Source of the DNA: Eledone cirrhosa
Taxonomy: Eukaryota
DNA: 64,000 bases
Direction of reading: 5' to 3'
NCBI GenBank assembly: GCA_964016885.1
Contig: OZ024740.1
Location: 30,504,001-30,568,000, forward strand
A program made the position numbers and the translations under genes. Under the pieces are notes generated by a model that ran no database searches, was not told where the DNA came from, and worked only from the letters and a program-made list of their open reading frames with translations. Shown in pieces: positions 53,847 to 64,000 of this stretch. Every line of letters starts with the position of its first letter. Position 1 is the first letter of the stretch.

Positions 53847-56800
53847 TTACAATAGTGTTGTTGACTACTATAGGCATTAGCACAATAGTGTTGTTGACTG
53901 ATATAGACATTATCACAATAGTGTGTTGACTGCTATAAACATTATCACAATAGTGTGTTGGGTACTATAGACATTATCACAATAGTGTTGATGACTACTA
54001 TAGACATTATCACAATAGTGTTGATGACTACTATAGACATTATCACAATAGTGTTGTTGACTACTATAGACATTATCACAATAGTGTGTTGGGTACTATA
54101 GACATTATCACAATAGTGTTGTTGACTACTATAGATATTATCACAATAGTGTTGTTGACTACTATATACATTATCACAATAGTGGTTTGACTACTATAGA
54201 CATTATCACAATAATGTTGTTGACTACTATATACATTATCACAATAGTGGTTTGACTACTATATACATTATCACAATAGTGTGTTGACTACTATAGACAT
54301 TATCACAATAATGTTGTTGACTACTATATACATTATCACAATAGTGGTTTGACTACTATAGACATTCTCACAATAGAGTTGTTGACTACTATAGACATTA
54401 TCACAATAGTGGTTTGACTACTATAGACATTATCACAATAGAGTTGTTGACTACTATAGACATTATCACAATAGTGGTTTGACGACTATAGACATTATAA
54501 AAATATTGTTGTTGACTACTATAGATATTATCACAATAATGTGTTGACTACTATAGACATTATCACAATAATGTGTTGACTACTATAGACATTATCACAA
54601 TAGAGTTGTTGACTACTATAGACATTATCACAATAGTGGTTTGACTACTATAGACATTATCACAATAGTGTTGTTGACTACTATAGACATTATCACAATA
54701 GTGTTGTTGACTACTATAGATATTATCACAATAATGTGTTGACTACTATAGACATTATCACAATAATGTGTTGACTACTATTCAGATTATTACAATAATG
54801 TGTTGACTACTATAGACATTATCACAATAGAGTTGTTGACTACTATAGACATTATCACAATAATGTGTTGACTACTATAGACATTATCACAATAGAGTTG
54901 TTGACTACTATAGACATTATCACAATAGTGGTTTGACTACTATAGACATTATCACAATAGAGTTGTTGACCACTATAGACATTATCACAATAGTGTTGTT
55001 GACTACTATAGACATTATCACAATAGTATTGTTGACTACTATAGACATTATCACAATAATGTGTTGACTACTATAGACATTATCACAATAGAGTTGTTGA
55101 CTACTATAGACATTATCAGAATAGTGTGCTGAATATTATAGACATTATCAAAATAATGGTGTTGACTACTATAGACATTATCAAAATTATGTTCTTGACT
55201 ACTATAGTCATTATCACAATAATGTTGTTTACTACTATAGACATTATCACAATAGTGTTTTAGAATACTATAGACATTATCACATTAGTGTGTTGACTTC
55301 TATAGACATTATCACGATAATGTTGTTGACTACTATAGACATTATCACAATAGTATTTTAGAATACTATAGATATTATCACATTAGTGTGTTGACTTCTA
55401 TAGACATTATCACGATAATGTTGTTGACTACAATAGACATTATTACAATAATGTGTTGACTACTATAGACATTATACCAATAATGTGTTGACAACTATAG
55501 ACATAACATAATAGTGTTGCTGACTACTATAGACATTATCACAATAGTGTTGCTGACTACTATAGTCATTATCACAATAGTGTGCTGACTACTATAGACA
55601 TTATCACAATAGTGTTGTTGACTATTATAGACATTATCACAATAATGTGTTGACTGCTATAGACGTTATCACAATAGTGTTGTAGACTACTATAGATATT
55701 ATCACAATAGTGTCGTGACTGCTATAGATAATATAACAATAATGTTGTTGACTACTATAGACATTATCACAATAGTGTTGTTGACTACTATAGACATTAT
55801 CACAATAGTGTTGTTGACTACTATAGCCATTATCACAATAATGTTGTTGACTACTATAGTCATTATCACAATAGTGTTGTTGACTACTATAGACATTATC
55901 ACAATAGTGTGTTGACTACTGTAGACATTATCACAATAGTGTTGTTGCCTACTATATACATTATAGCAATAGTGTGTTGGGTGCGACATACATAATCACA
56001 ATAGTGTCGTTGACTACTATAGACATTATCACAATAGTGTTGTTGACTACTATAGACATTATCACAATAGTGTGTTGACTACTATAGACATTATTACAAT
56101 AGTTTGTTGACTACTATAGACACTATCACAATAGTGTGTTGACTACTATAGACATTATCACAATAGTGTCGTTGAGTACTATAGATATTATCACAATATT
56201 GTGTTGACTACTATAGACATTATCATAATAATGTTGTTGACTGCTATAGACATTATCACAATAGTATGTTGACTACTATAGACATTATCACAATAGTGTG
56301 TTTACTACTATAGACATTATCACAATAGTGTTGTTAACTACTATAGACATTATCACAATAATGTGTTGACTACTATAGAAATTATCACAATAACGTGTTG
56401 ACTACTATAGACATTATCACAATAGTGTTGTTGACTACTATAGACATTATCACAATAGTGTTGCTGACTACTATAGTCATTATCACAATAGTGTGTTGAC
56501 TAATATAGACATTATCACAATAGTGTCCTGACTACTACAAAAATTATCACGATAATGTTGTTGACTACTACAGATATTATCACAATAGTGTTGTTGACTA
56601 CTATAGACATTATCACAATAATGTTGTTGACTACTATAGACATTATCACAATAATGTTTTGACTACTATAGACATTATCACAATAATGTTGTTGAATACT
56701 ATAGATATTATCACAATAATGTGTTGACTACTATAGACATTATCACAATAATGTGTTGACTACTATAGACATTATCACAATAATGTGTTGACTACTATAG

Positions 56801-59800
56801 ACATTATCACTATAGTGTGTTGACTACTATAGATATTATAACAATAATGTTGTTGACTACTATAGACATTATCACAATAATGTTGTTTATTACTATAGAC
56901 AATATCACGATAGTGTTGTTGCCTACTATGGACATTATCACAATAATGTGTTGACTTCTATAGACATTATTACAATAGTGTTGTTGACTACTATAGAAAT
57001 TATCACAATAACGTGTTGACTACTATAGACATTATCGCAATAATGTGTTGACTAATATAGACATTATCACAATAATGTGTTGACTATTATAGACATTATC
57101 ACAATAGTGTGTTGACTACTATATACACTATGCTAATAATGTTGTTGATTACTATAGACATTATCACAATAATGTGTTGACTATTATATACATCATAACA
57201 ATAGTGTGTTGACTACTATAGACATTATCAGAATAGTGTGTTCACAACTATAGACATTATCACAATAATGTTGTTGACTACTATAGACATTATCACAATA
57301 GTGTTGTTGACGACTATAGACATTATCACAATGGTGTGTTGACTACTAAAGACATTATCACAATAATGTAGTTGACTACTATAGACATTATCACAATAGT
57401 GTTGTTGACTACTATAGACATTATTACAATAGTGTTGTTGACTACTATAGACATTATCACAATAATGTGTTGACTACTATAGACATTATGAGAATAATGT
57501 GTTGACTACTATAGTCATTATTACAATAATGTGTTGACTACTATAGACATTATCACAATAATGTGTTCACTACTATAGACATTATCGCAAAAGTGTTGTT
57601 GTCTACTCTAGACATTATCACAATAGTGTGTTGACTAGTATAGACATTATCAAAATAGTGTGTTGACTACTATAGACATTACCACAATAGTGTTGTTGAC
57701 TACTATATACATTATCACAATAGTGGTTTGACTACTATAGACATTCTCACAATAGAGTTGTTGACTACTATAGACATTATCACAATAGTGGTTTGACTAC
57801 TATAGACATTATCACAATAGAGTTGTTGACTACTATAGACATTATCACAATAGTGGTTTGACGACTATAGACATTATAAAAATATTGTTGTTGACTACTA
57901 TAGATATTATCACAATAATGTGTTGACTACTATAGACATTATCACAATAATGTGTTGACTACTATAGACATTATCACAATAGAGTTGTTGACTACTATAG
58001 ACATTATCACAATAGTGGTTTGACTACTATAGACATTATCACAATAGTGTTGTTGACTACTATAGACATTATCACAATAGTGTTGTTGACTACTATAGAT
58101 ATTATCACAATAATGTGTTGACTACTATAGACATTATCACAATAATGTGTTGACTACTATTCAGATTATTACAATAATGTGTTGACTACTATAGACATTA
58201 TCACAATAGAGTTGTTGACTACTATAGACATTATCACAATAATGTGTTGACTACTATAGACATTATCACAATAGAGTTGTTGACTACTATAGACATTATC
58301 ACAATAGTGGTTTGACTACTATAGACATTATCACAATAGAGTTGTTGACCACTATAGACATTATCACAATAGTGTTGTTGACTACTATAGACATTATCAC
58401 AATAGTATTGTTGACTACTATAGACATTATCACAATAATGTGTTGACTACTATAGACATTATCACAATAGAGTTGTTGACTACTATAGACATTATCAGAA
58501 TAGTGTGCTGAATATTATAGACATTATCAAAATAATGGTGTTGACTACTATAGACATTATCAAAATTATGTTCTTGACTACTATAGTCATTATCACAATA
58601 ATGTTGTTTACTACTATAGACATTATCACAATAGTGTTTTAGAATACTATAGACATTATCACATTAGTGTGTTGACTTCTATAGACATTATCACGATAAT
58701 GTTGTTGACTACTATAGACATTATCACAATAGTATTTTAGAATACTATAGATATTATCACATTAGTGTGTTGACTTCTATAGACATTATCACGATAATGT
58801 TGTTGACTACAATAGACATTATTACAATAATGTGTTGACTACTATAGACATTATACCAATAATGTGTTGACAACTATAGACATAACATAATAGTGTTGCT
58901 GACTACTATAGACATTATCACAATAGTGTTGCTGACTACTATAGTCATTATCACAATAGTGTGCTGACTACTATAGACATTATCACAATAGTGTTGTTGA
59001 CTATTATAGACATTATCACAATAATGTGTTGACTGCTATAGACGTTATCACAATAGTGTTGTAGACTACTATAGATATTATCACAATAGTGTCGTGACTG
59101 CTATAGATAATATAACAATAATGTTGTTGACTACTATAGACATTATCACAATAGTGTTGTTGACTACTATAGACATTATCACAATAGTGTTGTTGACTAC
59201 TATAGCCATTATCACAATAATGTTGTTGACTACTATAGTCATTATCACAATAGTGTTGTTGACTACTATAGACATTATCACAATAGTGTGTTGACTACTG
59301 TAGACATTATCACAATAGTGTTGTTGCCTACTATATACATTATAGCAATAGTGTGTTGGGTGCGACATACATAATCACAATAGTGTCGTTGACTACTATA
59401 GACATTATCACAATAGTGTTGTTGACTACTATAGACATTATCACAATAGTGTGTTGACTACTATAGACATTATTACAATAGTTTGTTGACTACTATAGAC
59501 ACTATCACAATAGTGTGTTGACTACTATAGACATTATCACAATAGTGTCGTTGAGTACTATAGATATTATCACAATATTGTGTTGACTACTATAGACATT
59601 ATCATAATAATGTTGTTGACTGCTATAGACATTATCACAATAGTATGTTGACTACTATAGACATTATCACAATAGTGTGTTTACTACTATAGACATTATC
59701 ACAATAGTGTTGTTAACTACTATAGACATTATCACAATAATGTGTTGACTACTATAGAAATTATCACAATAACGTGTTGACTACTATAGACATTATCACA

Positions 59801-62800
59801 ATAGTGTTGTTGACTACTATAGACATTATCACAATAGTGTTGCTGACTACTATAGTCATTATCACAATAGTGTGTTGACTAATATAGACATTATCACAAT
59901 AGTGTCCTGACTACTACAAAAATTATCACGATAATGTTGTTGACTACTACAGATATTATCACAATAGTGTTGTTGACTACTATAGACATTATCACAATAA
60001 TGTTGTTGACTACTATAGACATTATCACAATAATGTTTTGACTACTATAGACATTATCACAATAATGTTGTTGAATACTATAGATATTATCACAATAATG
60101 TGTTGACTACTATAGACATTATCACAATAATGTGTTGACTACTATAGACATTATCACAATAATGTGTTGACTACTATAGACATTATCACTATAGTGTGTT
60201 GACTACTATAGATATTATAACAATAATGTTGTTGACTACTATAGACATTATCAAAATAATGTTGTTTATTACTATAGACAATATCACGATAGTGTTGTTG
60301 CCTACTATGGACATTATCACAATAATGTGTTGACTTCTATAGACATTATTACAATAGTGTTGTTGACTACTATAGAAATTATCACAATAACGTGTTGACT
60401 ACTATAGACATTATCGCAATAATGTGTTGACTAATATAGACATTATCACAATAATGTGTTGACTATTATAGACATTATCACAATAGTGTGTTGACTACTA
60501 TATACACTATGCTAATAATGTTGTTGATTACTATAGACATTATCACAATAATGTGTTGACTATTATATACATCATAACAATAGTGTGTTGACTACTATAG
60601 ACATTATCAGAATAGTGTGTTCACAACTATAGACATTATCACAATAATGTTGTTGACTACTATAGACATTATCACAATAGTGTTGTTGACGACTATAGAC
60701 ATTATCACAATGGTGTGTTGACTACTAAAGACATTATCACAATAATGTAGTTGACTACTATAGACATTATCACAATAGTGTTGTTGACTACTATAGACAT
60801 TATTACAATAGTGTTGTTGACTACTATAGACATTATCACAATAATGTGTTGACTACTATAGACATTATGAGAATAATGTGTTGACTACTATAGTCATTAT
60901 TACAATAATGTGTTGACTACTATAGACATTATCACAATAATGTGTTCACTACTATAGACATTATCGCAAAAGTGTTGTTGTCTACTCTAGACATTATCAC
61001 AATAGTGTGTTGACTAGTATAGACATTATCAAAATAGTGTGTTGACTACTATAGACATTACCACAATAGTGTTGTTGACTACTATAGACATTATCACAAT
61101 AATGCGTTGACTACTATAGACATTATCACAATAGTATTGTTGACTACAATAGACATTATCATAACAATGTTGTTGACTGATATAGACATTATCACAATAG
61201 TGTTGTTGCCTACTATAGACATTATCACAATAGTGTCTTGACTACTATAGACATTATCAAAATAATGTTGTTGACTACTATGGACATTATCACAATAGTG
61301 TGTTGACAACTATAGACATTATAAAAATAGTGTTGTTGACTACTATAGCCATTATCACAATAGTGTGTTGACAACTATAGACATTATAAAAATAGTGTTG
61401 TTGACTACTATAGACATTATCTCAATAGTGTTGTTGACTACTATAGACATTATCACAATAGTGTTGTTGACTACTATAGACATTATCACAATAATGTTGT
61501 TGACTACTATAGACATGATCACAATAGTGTTGTTGACTACTATAGACATTATCACAATAGTGTAGTTGACTACTGTAGACATTATCACAATAATGTTGTT
61601 GACTACTATAGATATTATCACAATAATGTTGTTGACTACTATAGACATGATCACAATAGTGTTGTTGACTACTATAGACATTTTCACACTAGTGTGTTGA
61701 CTACTATAGACATAATCACAATAATGTTGTTGACTACTATAGACATGATCACAATAGTGTTGTTGACTACTATAGACATTATCACAATAGTGTTGTTGAC
61801 TACTGTATACATTATCACAATAATGTTGTTGACTACTATAGACATGATCACAATAATGTTGTTGACTACTATAGACATCATCACAATAGTGTTGTTGACT
61901 ACTATAGACATTATCACAATAGTGTTGTTGACTACTGTAGACATTATCACGATAATGTTGTTGACTACTATAGACATTATCACAATAGTGTTGTTGACTA
62001 CTATAGACACTATCACAATAATGTTGTTGACTGCTATAGACATTATCACAATAGTGTTGTTGACTACTATAGACATTATCACAATAGTGTTGTTGACTAC
62101 TATAGACTTTATCAACATAGTGTTGTTGACTACTATAGACATTATCACAATAGTGTGTTGACTACTATACACATTTTCACAATAGTGTTGTTGAATACTA
62201 TAGACATTATCACAATAGTGTTGTTGATTACTATAGACATTATCATAATAATGTTGTTGACTACTATAGACATTATCACAATAGTGTGTTGACTATTATA
62301 GACATTATTACAATAGTGATGTTGTCTACTATAGACATTATCACAATAATGTGTTGACTAGTATAGACATTATCACAATAATGTGTTGACTACTATAGAC
62401 ATTATCTCAATATTGTGTTGACTATTATAGACATTATTACAATAGTGATGTTGTCTACTATAGACATTATCACAATAGTGTTGTTGTCTACTCTAGACAT
62501 TATCACAATAGTGTTGACTAGTATACACATTATCAAAATATTGTGTTGACTACTATAGACATTACCACAATAGTGTTGTTGACTACTATAGACATTATCA
62601 CAATAATGCGTTGACTACTATAGACATTATCACAATAGTATTGTTGACTACTATAGACATTATCATAACAATGTTGTTGACTGATATAGACATTATCACA
62701 ATAGTGTTGTTGCCTACTATAGACATTATCACAATAGTGTCTTGACTATTATAGACATTATTACAATAGTGATGTTGTCTACTATAGACATTATCACAAT

Positions 62801-64000
62801 AGTGTTGTTGTCTACTATAGACATTATCACAATAATGTGTTCAGTACTATAGACATTATCACAATAGTGTGTTGACTACTATAGACATTATCAAAATAGT
62901 GTGTTGACTACTATAGACATTACCACTATAGTGTTGTTGACTACTATAGATATTATCACAATAATGTGTTGACTATTATAGACATTATCACAATAGTGTT
63001 GTTGACTACTATAGACATTATCATAATAATGTTGTTGACTGATATAGACATTATGACAATAGTGTCGTTGCCTACTATAGAAATTATCACAATAGTGTCT
63101 TGACTACTATAGACCTTATCAAAATAATGTTGTTGACAACTATAGACATCATCACAATAGTGTGTTGACTACTATAGACATTATCACAATAGTGTTGTTG
63201 ACTACTATAGACATTATCACAATAGTGTGTCGACTACTATAGACCTTATCACAATAGTGTGTTGAGTACTATAGACATTATCACAATAGTGTTATGACAA
63301 CTATAGACATTATAACAATAATGTTGTTGACTACTATAGACATTATCACAATAGTGTGTCGACTACTATAGACATTATCACAATAGTGTGTTGACTACTA
63401 TAGACATTATAACAAAAAATGTTGTTGACTACTATAGACATTATCACGATAGTGTGTTGACTACTATAGACATTATAATAATAATGTTGTTGACTGCTAT
63501 AGACATTATCACGATAGTGTGTTGACTACTATAGACATTATCACCATAGTGTGTTGAATACTATAGACATTATCACAATAGAGTTGTTGACTACTATAGA
63601 CATTATCACACTAGTGTTGTTGACTACTATAGACATTATTACAATAATGTTGTTGACTACTATAGGCATTATCACAATAATGCTGTTGCCTACTATAGAC
63701 ATTATCACAATAGTGTTGTTGACTACTATAGACATTATCATAATAGTGTTGTTGACTACTACAATCATTATCACAATAGTTGTTGTCTACTATAGACATT
63801 ATCACAATAGTGTGTAGTCAAATATAGACATTATCACAATAGTGTGTTGAATACTATAGACATTATCACAATAGTGTTGTTGACTACTATAGACATTATC
63901 ACAATAGTGTGTCCACTACTATAGACCTTATCACAATAGTGTGTTGAGTACTATAGACATTATCACAATAGTGTTATGACAACTATAGACATTATAACAA
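53847..64000. repeat. 32/33-bp satellite array (runs off the window end)
   Basis: Consensus ATTATCACAATA(G/A)TG(T)TGTTGACTACTATAGAC, with mixed 32- and 33-bp monomers. Confidence 0.98.

Noticed and set aside
55702-63817. ORFs with IVIMSIVVNNT / LLTTIDIITIV repeats
   Set aside because: They arise from runs of 33-bp monomers and break wherever a 32-bp monomer occurs; no sign of coding constraint.
27279-64000. CRISPR-like array
   Set aside because: The repeats are head-to-tail with no unique spacers, there are no cas genes, and the context is eukaryotic.

Overview
AT-rich, non-genic eukaryotic DNA, inferred to be cephalopod (Octopus-like) from its tRNA-derived SINE family and dense (TA)n/(CA)n microsatellites. 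No intact host gene was recognised. Positions 1-27.1 kb are a mosaic of decayed transposons: mariner, pogo/Tigger-like MITEs, CRE, RTE, Tx1/L1, a Helitron fold-back, SINEs and many (TA)n-anchored Penelope-like (PLE) pseudo-LTR fragments. Folding by eye shows about 20 type-I hammerhead ribozyme motifs in five sequence families (plus half-motifs of a sixth) inside those fragments. They include minimal hammerheads with palindromic stem III, a conserved CAGAAGA core variant attached to a GIY-YIG PLE, and tandem units resembling retrozymes. Positions 27.3-53.8 kb are a 65-bp satellite (about 409 copies) whose monomer is a piece of RTE-LINE coding sequence, with the parental LINE 3' end still attached at the left edge and nested 7/9/13/14/49/54-mer higher-order repeats. 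It abuts a 32/33-bp satellite (53.8-64 kb) that contains a near-perfect 3379-bp duplication. All calls were made by eye, without database searches.
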